DNA of 52,406 nt from Macrostomum lignano (GCA_002269645.1 NIVC01000698.1:144694-197099), one strand, 5' to 3'. Shown: positions 11,901 to 24,000, numbered from the stretch's first letter. Notes: a model not told the origin generated them from the sequence alone. Made by a program: numbers and translations.

Positions 11901-13582
11901 CCCCTCATCATCGGCTACAGCTGGGACCGGCGCTGCCGCTACGACAGCCTGGCTGAGTCCGGCGGGACCGCGAAGCGCAATGCCAGCCTCCAGTTGTGGA
12001 CTGGTGAGACCAACTTTGATCTACGAGGGCTGTCCCAAAAGTACCTGCCTGTCACCTGCCTGTCATCTGCCTGTCACCTGCCTGTCACCTGCCTGTCATC
12101 TGCCTGTCACCTGCCTGTCACCTGCCTGTCATCTGCCTCTCACCTGCCTGTCACCTGCCTGTCACCTGCCTGTCATCTGCCTGTCACCTGCCTGTCATCA
12201 TCTACTTGTCACCCATCTGAAATCTTGCTGTCATTCACCTGTAATCTAGCTGTCATCTATCTGTAGTCTAGCTGTCATCTATCTGTAGTCTAGATGTCAT
12301 CTATCTGTAGTCTAGCTGTTATCTATCTGTAGTCTAGCTGTCATCTATCTGTAGTCTAGCTGTCATCTATCTGTAGTCTAGCTGTTATCTATCTGTAGTC
12401 TAGCTGTCATCTATCTGTAGTCTAGCTGTCATCTATCTGTAGTCTAGCTGTCATCTATCTGTAGTCTAGCTGTCATCTATCTGTAGTCTAGCTGTCATCT
12501 ATCTGTAGTCTAGCTGTCATCTATCTGTAGTCTAGCTGTCATCTATCTGTAGTCTAGCTGTCATCTATCTGTAATCTAGCTGTCATCTATCTGTAGTCTA
12601 GCTGTCATCCTCCTGCATTTTAGCTGTCATCCTCCTTCATTTTAGCTGTCATCCTCCTGCATTTTAGCTGCCTTCTATCTGTAGTCTAGCTGTCATCTAT
12701 CTGTAATCTAGTTGTCATCCTCCTGTAATCTAGCTGTCATCCTGTAATCTAGCTGTCATCTATCTGTAATATAGCTGTCATCTATCTGTAATATAGCTGT
12801 CATCTATCTGTAATATAGCTGTCATCCTTCTGTAATCTAGCTGTCATCCTCCTCTAATCTAGCTTTCATCTATCTGTAATCTAGCTGTCATTCTCCTGTA
12901 ATCTAGCTGTCATCAACCTGTAATCTAGCTGTCATCTATCTGTCCTCTAGCTGTAATCTAGGTGTCATCCTCCTGTTAATCTAGCTGTCATCTATCTGTC
13001 CTCTAGCTGTAATCTAGCTGTCATCAACCTGTAATCTAGCTGTCATCTATCTGTCCTCTAGCTGTAATCTACCTGTTATCTACATGTTACCTGTAATCTA
13101 GCTATCATTCATTTGTCGCATACCCGTCATCCACCCGACGTCCCACAGTGCATCGCTGCCACCCGGACGAGTGGACGGCCTGTGAGGTGTCCCGCTCCGG
13201 CCGGTCCGCCTATTTCTTCAGCCGAGGCCTCTCTGACTGGGCCGACGCCCGGCGAACCTGCCGATCAATGGGCGCCGACCTGGCCGTGATTGACAGCCCG
13301 GAGGAGAACGCGGAGGTGTTCGCGCACCTGGTCGGCGCCAGCTGGATCGGCATGTACAGATCCGGCGGCCGGTTCGTCTGGGTGGGCGGGCCGGTCGCTC
13401 GCAGCGAAGGCTACCGGAACTTCGCGGCGGGGACCGAGCAGGCGGAGCTGGACTGGCAGTTCAACTGCGTGGCCATGAGCGGCGTCTCCAGCCTGAGCGG
13501 CGCTGGCGGCGGCGGCAGCGGCGGCTGGCTACCGGCGGCCTGTCACCGACACCTCCGCTTCGTGTGCCAGTATTCCGCCTGA
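2982..13582 (+). CDS. Secreted multi-repeat protein (~1436 aa): signal peptide, 6 copies of an unrecognised ~200-aa domain, linker, C-type lectin domain
   Basis: Exons 2982-3518, 4109-4513, 5118-5375, 6001-6660, 7379-7993, 8385-8963, 10190-10798, 11792-12003, 13149-13582. All acceptors end in CAG. Donors are GT except GC at 3519. Introns 1-7 are phase 2 and intron 8 is phase 1, and all join in frame. Exon 1 needs +2 nt (two 1-nt frameshifts), giving 4311 nt = 1437 codons. Signal peptide [20 protein letters not shown]. Many N-x-S/T sequons. Confidence 0.8.
3740..4067 (+). repeat. 22-bp minisatellite ATCCAAGATCCCATTATGGGAT (intron 1)
   Basis: Direct reading. The unit contains the palindrome ATCCCAT-T-ATGGGAT. 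Confidence 0.9.
4603..4912 (+). repeat. 14-bp minisatellite CCCAAATCCCAGTT/GAT
   Basis: Direct reading, intron 2. Confidence 0.9.
5425..5479 (+). repeat. Short degenerate telomere-like (CCCTAA)n tract
   Basis: CTAACCCTACCCTAACTCTAACCCTACCCTAACCTAAACCCTAACCCTAACCCC. Confidence 0.7.
5742..5946 (+). repeat. 63-bp tandem repeat, ~3 copies
   Basis: TCAAAGGACACCCACC recurs at 5771, 5834 and 5897. Confidence 0.9.
6707..7243 (+). repeat. Perfect 16-bp minisatellite CCTAGCAACCTGGTAT, ~33 copies
   Basis: Direct reading, intron 4. Confidence 0.97.
8086..8340 (+). repeat. Degenerate 7-bp repeat TGATCCC/T
   Basis: Direct reading, intron 5. Confidence 0.85.
8977..10138 (+). repeat. 13-bp minisatellite GGATTGGGATCTC, ~89 copies
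   Basis: Near-perfect array with one 12-bp variant near 9040. Explains the spurious long ORFs at 8960-10285. Confidence 0.98.
10852..11450 (+). repeat. 20-bp minisatellite GATGTGGGATCTGAGCATAG
   Basis: Direct reading, intron 7. Confidence 0.93.
12045..13105 (+). repeat. Compound array: 11-bp CCTGTCA(T/C)CTG grading into 22-bp TAGCTGTCATCTATCTGTAGTC
   Basis: Direct reading, intron 8. The two units share the core CTGTCATCT. Confidence 0.92.
13149..13582 (+). CDS. Terminal exon encoding a C-type lectin-like domain
   Basis: Motifs YFF...W.DARRTC...[13 protein letters not shown]...WIG, then CV...W...C...FVC match the established CTLD signature. Acceptor CACAG ends at 13148 and the stop is 13580-13582. 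Confidence 0.92.
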
Positions 13583-13774
13583 GGACGGCCAGATGTGCAT
13601 GACTCAGCCGCAGCTCGACTCGAAACTCACAGCTGTGTGTGGTTGTTTCTTTTCTGAATCAAAAACTTGCGACTTAAGTTTATGCGTGATCGACACTTTG
13701 GGGGTTCGCGAAATCCGCCGCACTGACTTCGCGGGACTAAATAATTCACGTATTAGTGGTGTTTTTTAGTTCAC

Positions 13775-14310
13775 CGAAACCTTGATTCACTGATTCTTGG
13801 GGATTCACACATTCTTGGAGCATTCACTGATTCTTAGGGATTCATTGATTGTTGGGGATTCACTGATTCTTGGATATTCACTGATTCTTTGGGGATTCAC
13901 TGATTCTTGGGGGATTCACTGATTGTTGAGGATTCACTGATTCTTGGGGGATTCACTGATTGTTGAGGATTCACTAATTATTGGGGATTCACTGATTTTT
14001 GGGGATTCACTGACTCTTGGATATTCACTGATTCTTGGGGGATTCACTGATTGTTGAGGATTCACTGATTGTTGGGGATTCACTGATTATTGGGGATTCA
14101 CTGATTGTTGGGGATTGTTGGATATTCACTGATTGTTGGGGATTCACTGATTGTTGGGGATTCACTGATTGTTGGGGATTGTTGGATATTCACTGATTGT
14201 TGGGGATTCACTGATTGTTGAGGATTCAGTGACTGTTGGGGATTCACTGATTGTTGGAGATTCAGTGATTGTGGTATTCACTGATTTCTGGATTCAGTGA
14301 TTGTTGGATT
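13775..14310 (+). repeat. 19-20-bp minisatellite GGGATTCACTGATT(C/G)TTG
   Basis: Direct reading. Confidence 0.9.
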
Positions 14311-15764
14311 CTGTTAAGATTTTTTATAGTTATCAAGTTCACACTTTTCTAGACCTTTCGATTCACGAAATATTAAGCTTCAAAAATTTCAATGCTTCAT
14401 TGAGTCACATATTTTTTGTTTCGGGGTTCTAGAATCACAGCAGACTGTTTCATAAAAATTGTTGAAAGCTATAAAAAGAATTTTTTATTCATTTGTCTGT
14501 TTTAAAATGATTTTTTCCCCGACAATCCTCTCGCCAGTTAAAACAATTTTTGTTTCCTGCACGAATCATAAAATTTGGGCTCTTGCATTCTTTTCAGTTG
14601 TTGATTTTCAGCCTCAAAAGTTATTAAAAATCTTCCATTGATCTCATTTACATTCATCACAGCCAGCTAAAACTTTTATTATAAAAATCATTTTTTGTTA
14701 AAACTATTTTTATTTTTTTATCGCTCGCGTGCACTTATTTTAAGTTGCAGTCTGCCGGTCGCAATGTACACATTTTTTCCAACTCTTTAATTTAAAGCTG
14801 TTTTTTATCTGCATGCTTTTCTGGTAATGTAAAAAACTAAAATTAAAAACATTAAAAAAGCGTTTTGAGGAAAATAATTGTTTGCGCAAGTCTAAAAGCG
14901 AATAGCAAACCCGGAAAAACATTAGCTATTTTTCTTTATTGCCGCCATGCAGTCACAATTGCTGTTTGAATTGCTGACAATGTGGATTTCGAAGACTTTA
15001 TTCTAGGAAATACCCTCGTAATTCACTACAGCCCCACAAACTAGGGTTAACCTTGGCTAAACTGAAGCTAAAATTATTTTCTATTTACAAAAATATGTGC
15101 TATTTTTGATTAAATAAGTAGGGTGGTTGAGAACTGACTCCACCAGCTTGGTAATTGAAAATACAAAAAATATTTGTTAAAAATAAAGCTTTTAAAAGGA
15201 GACAAATGACTTGGTCCATTGTTACCAATGCTTTAGAAAACAGAACAGCACAGTCCTATTATGTGTTCTGACATAACAACATATTCTAAGTTTTTTTACC
15301 TCAAACGTACATGTACAGTTTATTTATAGATAATAAATTTAACAATTCACCCGAGCACAGTAAATAAAATGGTATTTAAAAAAGAGAATTACTTCAGTGA
15401 TTAAAATACATATAAAAATGAATTTTGATGTCAATTTGTTACTCCCAACAGCTATGTTAGATAAAACAATACGAAAATGTGTTAAATATTGTATTAATAT
15501 GCCGTGATTCTCCGATTCTCAATAAAACAAGCATAAAACTGTTATTTACAGACCCTTAGTACTTTTATAAAGATTTTCACAAATGAGGAATGTTGCGGAA
15601 GTACTTTTGACGCATGGCCTTAGATGTCAGTGAGCGACTACCAAATTTTATTAGTTACCTAAACAACTAGTTTTCATTTTTGGCGTAAATTATTTTGGCC
15701 ATAATGGGAGAACGGATAGATAAATATGGCAGGCAGATAGAGGCTGGATAAGGACAGCGATAGC

Positions 15765-15922
15765 CAGATAAAAATCTAGATAAAGACAAGGGTGGCCAGA
15801 TAAAGGTTAGATAAGTACAAGGGTGGTCAGATAAATTCAGATAAGTACAAGGGTGGTCAGATAAAGGTCAGATAAGTACAAGGGTGGTCAGATAAAGGTC
15901 AGATAAGGACAAGGGTGGCCAG
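15765..15922 (+). repeat. 30-31-bp repeat GATAAGTACAAGGGTGGTCAGATAAAGGTCA, ~5 copies
   Basis: ATAAGTACAA recurs at 15811, 15841 and 15872. Confidence 0.85.
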
Positions 15923-15988
15923 GTACTAATGAACTTAGCGCTCCATATAAAACTAAAATCAACCCCGATTAGTCAGCAGTAGCAGCTG

Positions 15989-16459
15989 TTACACCTGATG
16001 CGATGAGTAGCTCGGGCGGCCATACGGCATGCTGGCATAAGCTGTGTTGTCCGCCTGCCTCATGGACGGCGGCTGCTGCTGGAAGGTGCCCTGCGGCACC
16101 GCCGAAGCGTACGTGGGATTCAAGTTTGATTGCACCTGCGGATGCTGCGGTGGCGGCGGCCCGCCAGCCAGGTTAATTCCCCTGGCCGGGTCCAGGTAAA
16201 CCGGGTCCATGTTTACGTTGGTCTGATGACCGGTTGGCAGGTAGGCCTGCTGCATCCCCGGCTGCCTCTGGAACATCAGCTGCCTCTGCTGCTGCACCGC
16301 CCACATCCGGTTCTTGCCGGCCCCGCCGCCTCCGCCGCTTCTGTCTAGGCGATATTTGCGGCAGCAGATGATGCCCAGGGCGATGGCGAAGATCAGGGCG
16401 ACTCCGCCGCCAAGCATCGCTATGAGCAGGCGCTCCTCGTACGGGTCAAGGCCGACCAT
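15989..16459 (-). CDS. Single-pass membrane protein (156 aa) with Gln/Pro-rich cytoplasmic tail
   Basis: ATG at 16459, 7 nt after acceptor TTTCAG. TM segment LLIAMLGGGVALIFAIALGII is followed by CCRKYR. Tail contains NPTY. An upstream exon 17273-17110 (TTTGCAG ... GTAAGT) has an in-frame stop and no ATG, so it reads as 5'UTR. Confidence 0.8.
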   Translation of the reverse strand: MVGLDPYEERLLIAMLGGGVALIFAIALGIICCRKYRLDRSGGGGGAGKNRMWAVQQQRQLMFQRQPGMQQAYLPTGHQTNVNMDPVYLDPARGINLAGGPPPPQHPQVQSNLNPTYASAVPQGTFQQQPPSMRQADNTAYASMPYGRPSYSSHQV

Positions 16460-16467
16460 TTGCGGTC

Positions 16468-16885
16468 TGAAATTTGGTCACGGAAAGATTTGATCATAGG
16501 GAGATTTGGTCACGGAAAGATTTGGACATGGAGAGATTTGGTCATGGAGATTTGGTCATGGAGAGATTTGGTCATGGAGAGATTTGGTCATGGATAGATT
16601 TGGTCATGGATAGATTTGGTCATGGATAGATTTGGTCACGGAAAGATTTGGTCATAGGGAGATTTGGTCATGGAGAGATTTGGTCATGGAGAGATTTGGT
16701 CATGGAGAGATTTGGTCATGGGGAGATTTGGTCATGGATAGATTTGGTCATGGATAGATTTGGTCATGGAAAGACTTGGTCAAATGAAGATATGGTCATA
16801 TGGTTATTTGGTCATATGAAGATTTGGTCATGGATAGATGTAGTCATGGAGAGATTGGTCATCGAGAGATTGGTCATGGAGAGAT
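16468..16885 (+). repeat. 17-bp minisatellite GAGATTTGGTCATGGA(G/T)
   Basis: Direct reading. Fills the intron of the minus-strand membrane-protein gene up to its acceptor. Confidence 0.92.
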
Positions 16886-17794
16886 GGTTACATAGCGGTT
16901 AGGTTAGGGACACGTCTAAACACAGCATAGGTCATATACTAGAGAGATCTAGGGATAATATTTCATCAAAAGTACATCAAAGTCATCTTAAAAAGCTTTG
17001 ATGTCAGTCTATCTGGCTGTCTATCGATCCGCAGCTCAGGTGAGAAGTGTGCCAGCAAACTTAATTATTAGCTCTAGTGGGTAAGACTTCAATTCACTGA
17101 GAAAACTTACTTTAGCCTCTTGGTTGCCCTTTGAATAGCGGAAGGAAAAAGAAGGCAAGGCTCTCCTCAGAATTGCCGCAGGATTTTGTTGTTACACGAA
17201 TTTCTGCTCAAATTTCTGCTTTCACGAGCGACTTCCGGTTTGGAGAGGCCTTTTCTGTCTACTGGCTTGCTGGCTGCAAAATTAATTAAGAAGACAGAAG
17301 AGAAAGAAAGGGTTACAGAGGGTAGAAGAGGTATTGCACACTGTACAGCACTCAGCAAAGCCAAGTTTTGCAAGCTTCTGTTCTCTCTCTTGAGCCAGTC
17401 CGAGTTCAGGCCGTGCACCCACCCACCCCCGGGGGTGTACATTGAGTTGACACAGCCCCAGAGGTAACTGTTGTTTGGCTGTGTGCTCAGCCGCTCAACC
17501 CCTCCTGTGACTCAGAGAAAATAGAAAATGGAATGACAAGATGGCGATGCATTTTAATGCTAACATTTAAAGCGGGTCTCTACGCTGACTTCGTATAAAG
17601 TTGATCAGCGCAAACGTCTGATTATAATGACCGGTCATTAATAAGTTAGCCGGTTTCGGCCATAGACAATTCAATCAATGCAACTACGAGCTAATATGAA
17701 GCGAGAATTTCAGTTAATGGCCAAATTTCCACTTCGTGCGCGCATTAAACTGAGAATAGGGGTTGCTATGTGGCATAAAAATAATCTAGATGTA

Positions 17795-17945
17795 GATGAG
17801 AAGTAGACAGAAAAGTAGCCTGAGAAGTAGCCTCAGAATTGGGAGAAGTAGCCAGAAAAGTAGACAGTTGAATATAGAACTGAGAAGTAGAACTGAGTAG
17901 ACTGAGAAGTAGACTGAGAAGTAGACTGAAAAGTAGACTAATAGA
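17795..17945 (+). repeat. Degenerate ~12-bp repeat GAGAAGTAGACT
   Basis: Direct reading. Confidence 0.7.
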
Positions 17946-18809
17946 CGGCGGAGACAGAAAGTTCAGAATAATACGCTTCTAGCTTTCATAATTTAATTAG
18001 AGTTTTATCGGAGCAAAAAAGTTATTGTAGTGAATAATTCCTTGCTTTGGTGTTCAGTCATATTAGCTTAAAACTTACACTGCTTTGTGTGCGTTTGCAT
18101 ATTGGATAGATATGCATAGAGCAGATAGAGATAGACTACAGGTAACTGTCTGGCAGCTACTCAAGGGGGGCTGATTAGTTGTCCCCAGATACAGCAGACG
18201 CAGACTCTGTCTCAAGTCGGCTGCTGGGGCGTGGGGGGGGGCAAGCGGTCCCGTCTCTACTCTCCCTCTCCCTCTCTATTTCTCTCGATTATGCATTGAA
18301 CTTCTTCACGGGCTGTGCTGGGGAGGGGGGTTGCTGCCCAATCCACAATGCAGCTATGCTCTGTCTGTGCAGGCGACTCAACTCAAGGTCCAGCCTAAGT
18401 CATGGAGTACTCGACCGAGAATCTGGACCAGGAAGTCTGGTCAGCCAAGTCTTCTTATTCGTTGCAGGTCTCCTTGGCCAGCACAGCGCCTTCCTCCCTC
18501 CCTACTTCTCTCTTTCGTATCAGCTTAGCATTGCTTTGGTTTCTTTAGCGTCTTTCTCTCGCTGTCTCACCCCTCTGCCCCTCTTAGTAACCAAAAGCAG
18601 TACCTCTAATCGTAAGCATATTAGATTTAAAATGCTATTTGATGAAGGATTTGAGCTAAATAGTTTGTATTGGAGGACCTAATGGCCAACTGGTCAAATG
18701 CGTTAGTAAAGTTTTCCAGTTGTAGCTTAATTATTAACTAAAAAATTGCAATATCTCAAAACAGCCAAGTCCATTCATTAGGTTGATCAAGGTAAGCGAA
18801 GAACTCTGC

Positions 18810-19020
18810 ATACTGTAAGAGAACGTGATCTGTGAGTCTCTAGGCTGCTCTGCATACTGAAAGAGAACATGATCTGTGAGTCTCTAGGCTGCTCTGCATA
18901 CTGAAAGAGAACATGATCTGTGAGTCTCTAGGCTGCTCTGCATACTGAAAGAGAACATGATCTGTGAGTCTCTAGGCTACTCTCTGCATACTGAAAGAGA
19001 ACATGATCTGCGGGTCTCTA
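18810..19020 (+). repeat. 44-bp tandem repeat, ~4.5 copies
   Basis: GAGAACATGATCTG recurs at 18863, 18907 and 18951. Confidence 0.9.
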
Positions 19021-19465
19021 TATTGCCTGCAAGCGTGATTCAGTCAACCGAACGATCACGGATCACGCAGTCTGCAGGATAAAAACTGGAATGCCCAGAA
19101 AAACTGATACGAGAACGAACCCAATTATAAAATCTGAGGGGTTTGGAATGTCAAACTGTTTGAATGTTTAACTGTCAAAGCTAAGCTATGGCGGAGACTG
19201 CTACAGAAGCACGCGCATGAGCTTGAGCAGATCGATTTCATAAAGAAACAGAGAGTCTTGTTTCCCAGCAAAACACTATCAAGGACCATTGAAGTCTTCT
19301 TAAGTAGTCCTTGATCAATGATCAGTTTTCAAACGTACAGCCTGTTTCTTCAATTACAAGTACAAAACGATCTATAAATATCCGAAGTTGGCTTTATTAA
19401 ATTCTTATTTTATACATGCCTGATCTAAGGACTACCAAAGTAGAAGGACGAGAAACTATATTTCT

Positions 19466-19911
19466 TAGAAAATGTTAAGGAAGGCTGGTTTTCGCCGAAA
19501 AATACACTACGAAGATAGGAACATTTCACTTTTTTCATATTAAAATATGTACACTTACTTAGTAGTTTAAAATTAGTAGTTTTGATATGTACAATTAAAC
19601 ATGTCTTGTGCCTAAAAACCATTAATTAAAATGGCACGGCTGGGTCCTTGATTTTATGAATCTATTTTGTCATTCTTAGCTGACTGTGTAACGATATGTG
19701 TAACAGAGATGATAAAATAGATTCATAAATTTTTAGGTACAGGAAATGTACGTAGAATAAAAATATGACATAGAATTCTAATTTTGTAAACGAAAAGCTC
19801 TATGAATATCGATAAAGCTAAAAGAAAGGCAGAACATATCAAGAAATAAACATTTTTCTATATAGGTTCTGCCTCCTTTCGAAAGCAATAACAATTTTAA
19901 TATGAAAAAAT
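19466..19911. mobile_element. Second, diverged copy of the same MITE family, right end replaced by a 9-bp array
   Basis: Shares the left TIR (GTTTTCGCCGAAAAATACACTACGAAGATAGGAA), the core (reverse complement of 27478-27535) and the right arm (CGAAAAGCTCTATGAATATC...TCTGCCTCCT) with 27269-27795. Confidence 0.75.
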
Positions 19912-20731
19912 CTGTCTATCCTGTCTATCCTGTCTATCCTGTCTATCCTGTCTATCCTGTTTATTCCTGTCTATCCTGTCTATCCTGTCTATCCTGTCTA
20001 TTCCTGTCTATCCTGTCTATCCTGTCTATCCTGTCTATTCCTGTCTATCCTGTCTATCCTATCTATCCTGTCTATCCTGTCTATTCCTGTCTATCCTGTC
20101 TATCCTGTCTATTCTGTCTATCCTGTTTATTCCTGTCTATCCTGTCTATCCTGTCTATCCTGTCTATCCTGTTTATTCCTGTCTATCCTGTCTATCCTGT
20201 CTATCCTGTCTATTCCTGTCTATTCCTGTCTATCCTGTCTATCCTGTCTATCCTGTCTATTCCTGTCTATCCTGTCTATCCTGTCTATCCTGTCTATCCT
20301 GTCTATCCTATCTATCCTGTCTATCCTGTCTATCCTGTCTATCCTGTCTATCCTGTCTATCCTGTCTATCCTGTCTATCCTATCTATCCTGTCTATCCTG
20401 TCTATCCTGTCTATCCTGTCTATCCTGTCTATCCTGTTTATTCCTGTCTATCCTGTCTATCCTGTCTATCCTGTCTATCCTGTCTATCCTGTCTATCCTG
20501 TCTATCCTGTTTATTCCTGTCTATCCTGTCTATCCTGTCTATCCTGTCTATCCTGTCTATTCCTGTCTATCCTGTCTATCCTATCTATCCTGTCTATCCT
20601 GTCTATCCTGTCTATCCTGTCTATCCTGTCTATCCTGTCTATCCTATCTATCCTGTCTATCCTATCTATCCTGTCTATCCTGTCTATCCTGTCTATCCTG
20701 TCTATCCTGTCTATTCCTGTCTATCCTGTCT
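19912..20731 (+). repeat. 9-bp minisatellite TATCCTGTC
   Basis: Direct reading. Confidence 0.96.
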
Positions 20732-21039
20732 GAATATAGATAGAGAGGAGAAAGGCAGACACAGGGGAGGCAGAGAAACGATAAAAAAACATCCCAGGAC
20801 GGAGATGCGAACGGTGAAACTATAGGCACCCGCCCGCATCGCAGGCCCTCCGACTCTCTCTCTCTCTAATCCTACATGCCCAGCCTTTGCTTATTGAATA
20901 ATTGAATAAAGGCGGCCCCCGAAAAGCCATTATTAAATCTCCATTCCCACCTCCGCTCAAGCGGACGGCCCCCTGCGCTTCAGTCTGTGGTTTTCTCCCC
21001 CCAATATTTTCTGTTCCCCCCAACGCGCCTTTCTACCAG

Positions 21040-24000
21040 ATCGCTGCGGCAAGCTGGCGGCCTCTGAGAGCCACGACGGAATCGGCAGTCAGCCGGCGGA
21101 GCTGACAGAAGACGATGCAGCGGCGTCAACTTCGGCTGAGGCGGCGGCGCCTGAAGAGACCGCCGACTCGGCTGGCAACAGCCGCGAGAAGGCCAGCATA
21201 TTTGTAGCGTACAGCCCGGAGGCTGGTTTCCTAGAGAAGCGCTTCATCGCCCGCCTGGTGAAGGAGCTCAAGGCCGTTGGCCTGGCTGACAGCGTCTGGT
21301 TCGACAAAGACGAAGGCCTCTTCGAGAGCAGCGCCTGGGTGGCCTGCAGCCTGGAGGCGGCCGAGAAGTGCTTCGCCGCTGTGCTGTTCCTGTCCGAGTC
21401 CTTCTTCTCCAGCCGGCTGGCGCTGCACACCATGCGCACCCTGGCGGAGCGGCTGCACGACAATCGTGCCTCGCTGCATCTGTTCGCCGTACTGCTCGAC
21501 GCCGAAGGTCAAAGCGGCCTCGAGCGCCAGTGTCCCCCAATCCTGGCCGAGGCGATACGGCGCGGCGACGGCGATGCGTCAGCGGCGTCGCTGGTCGACA
21601 TTGCCGAATCGCGTCGCCGCGGAGCGGCCGAGTCTGAGCTGATTGCCCAGTGCTCAGCCAGACTGGCGCCCCAGCTGGAGCGATTCGCCACCGACTTCCG
21701 GCCGCTGCTGCCGGAGCCGCTGCTGGCGCCGGGCTACACCGGAAAGTTCGCCAGCAAGCGCTTCCTGGCCTGGACTGTCAACGATCTGCAGGAGTGGCTG
21801 CACAGTCTGGACATTCGCGAGTTCTACAGGCAGCAGTTTGCCGAGCAGGGAGTGGACGGCTTCCTGGCCTACAGCCTGACGGACGCTGACCTGGCCGGCT
21901 CCCTTCGGGTGGACGTGCAGCTGTCTAGGAAGAAGCTGACGAGAGAGATTCTGAACCGCCTGCAGGCTGAGCAGCGTGACAGCTGGAGCGGCCGGTGCCG
22001 CCTGACGAAGCCGCGCCCCGGCTGCGTTTTTCTCGTCTGCGATCCGCGCCGGGACGCCAAAACTCGGGACGCGTTGAAACTCGCGCTAGAGCGTCGCCGA
22101 GTTCGCGTTAGCCACGTTGAAGAGCTCGGCGAGTCCAGGGACGACTTTCTGCGCAAGAACGGGCCCGCCATGGCCGCCTGCGGTCACGTGCTGGTGCTGC
22201 TCACCGAGCACAGCCCGAGATCGGCGGTGTTCTACCACTGCGTGATGTTCGCCGAATGGTTGGGCCGTCGGGTTATCGTGCTGTTCCTCACCAACTGCTG
22301 GTTTCAGCTGCGGCCGGCGTTGCGGGCTCTGCTGTGTGAGTTGCTTTGTTGCCTGTGAGTGGTGTGTCGGCCTGGCTGGGTCTTGATGTTGCCACGAAAT
22401 TGGCACAGCTCAGAAACCCCCCATCAGATTCTGTGAGTCAGTGGAGACGGCAGAGGAGCTCAATGGTAAACGCAACGCGACCCTGCCTGACGATTAGAAA
22501 GTCAAAGGGCCGTTTTACACCCTGTGTGAGCGTGTGTGTGCGTGCCCGCGTACAGTCGACGCAAGCAAACAATGTATTTGCGTACTAACCGTCTCCTGAT
22601 CTGCTTAACTTTACGATGGCAAGCATCTTTAAGGCATTAGAAGGCTGTTCGCATTTTATTCTCCCTGTAGTTATATAATCTGTAATCCTTGTCTCATCCC
22701 CTGCATTTGCCTTTGTCCGTTTTGATTTGTTTCGACTGAAATCAAAGTGTCAATGCCAATTGTATGTTGGCATGTCAACCATTTGCAGACGCTGCTTCAG
22801 CAAATACAAGAAATAGATACTGTGGAAAGGATTAATTGCGCGGCCCAAATTCTCAAGTTGCTTGCACCACTGACCCCCCCCTTTGGGCCATAGACAATGA
22901 AAAGCAATTCTTCAACAGCTCGATTCTTCCGCTAAGAATTTAGCTTGGGCCATAGACAATAAAAAGCAATTCTTCAACAGCTCGATTCTTCCGCTAAGAA
23001 TTTAGCTTGGGCCATAGACAATGAAAAGCAATTCTTCAACAGCTCGATTCTTCCGCTAAGAATTTAGCTTGGGCCATAGACAATGAAAAGCAATTCTTCA
23101 ACAGCTCGATTCTTCCGCTAAGAATTTAGCTTGGGCCATAGACAATGAAAAGCAATTCTTCAACAGCTCGATTCTTCCGCTAAGGACGAAACCGTTCGCT
23201 CCTGGGCTCAAATTTGCTGGGAAAATGCAATATAGTCTGTGGTAACCCCCCCCCCCGATGTCAGGCGGGTAACTTGGCATATATGACAGGGGAACAAATT
23301 GCACTTCTTCCATATCAAGTTTTGTCTATGGCCAATCCCACTCCAAACCGCATTCCCACCCAGAAAGCTCACATCGAGGTTGAAAGTGATGCCTAAGTAC
23401 ACTTTTTACCTCCTATTTTGAACGTGAAACGTCTAGCTCCTGTCCTCAAGTAGGAGAGGGTTTTCCTTTCAAGTTAAATCGGTTAGCAACATGCAGGTTT
23501 GTCATGGGGATATGGTAGCAAAGTCTACGAGCATGTTGCATATTGCTTGCAGAAAGTCGATCAAGACAAACACTCCTACGGGTGCATCTTAACGTCATTC
23601 AGATGATGTTCCTTTGCCTCATTCTCTTCTTTCAGACGATGCCCAAGGCTTGGATTTCAGCGGCCAGCCGGTGGCGGACAGCTTGGACGAGCTCGGCTCG
23701 GCCATAGTGGCGCCCGAGCGGACTCACCCAGCCGTGGTACTTGAGCAGAGCTATGTGCGCAAGCTGGCCAGAAAGCTGCCACCTGCTGGCTACCTGGCGC
23801 ACACCTCCGGTGAGCCGATGTACTCTTGCTGGGTTGTGAGAGCTGGTAGAGAAAGAGATCGTATGTGCATCTCCATTGACATTCACTACAACTTTGAAGC
23901 GACATTGGCTTTGTTTATTAATTTCTTTGCAATTTTATTGGCTTGAAATCGCTTCTAGTTATTCTCTATAAAATTATACTTCTTTATACTTTTTGTAATA

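Noticed and set aside
17167-17467. ORFs of ~92 aa on both strands
   Set aside because: The minus-strand ORF crosses an acceptor into a non-coding exon. The plus-strand ORF has no motif and a non-ATG start.
18112-18791. Candidate 5' exons for the TIR-SAM-TIR gene (ATG 18112 to donor 18142, then a 10-nt microexon 18782-18791 giving phase 1)
   Set aside because: Phase-compatible, but weak acceptor and no homology support. Too easily obtained by chance without transcript data.
22885-23183. Regular 62-bp repeats resembling a CRISPR array
   Set aside because: Units are contiguous with no unique spacers, no cas genes are present, and the context is a eukaryotic intron.
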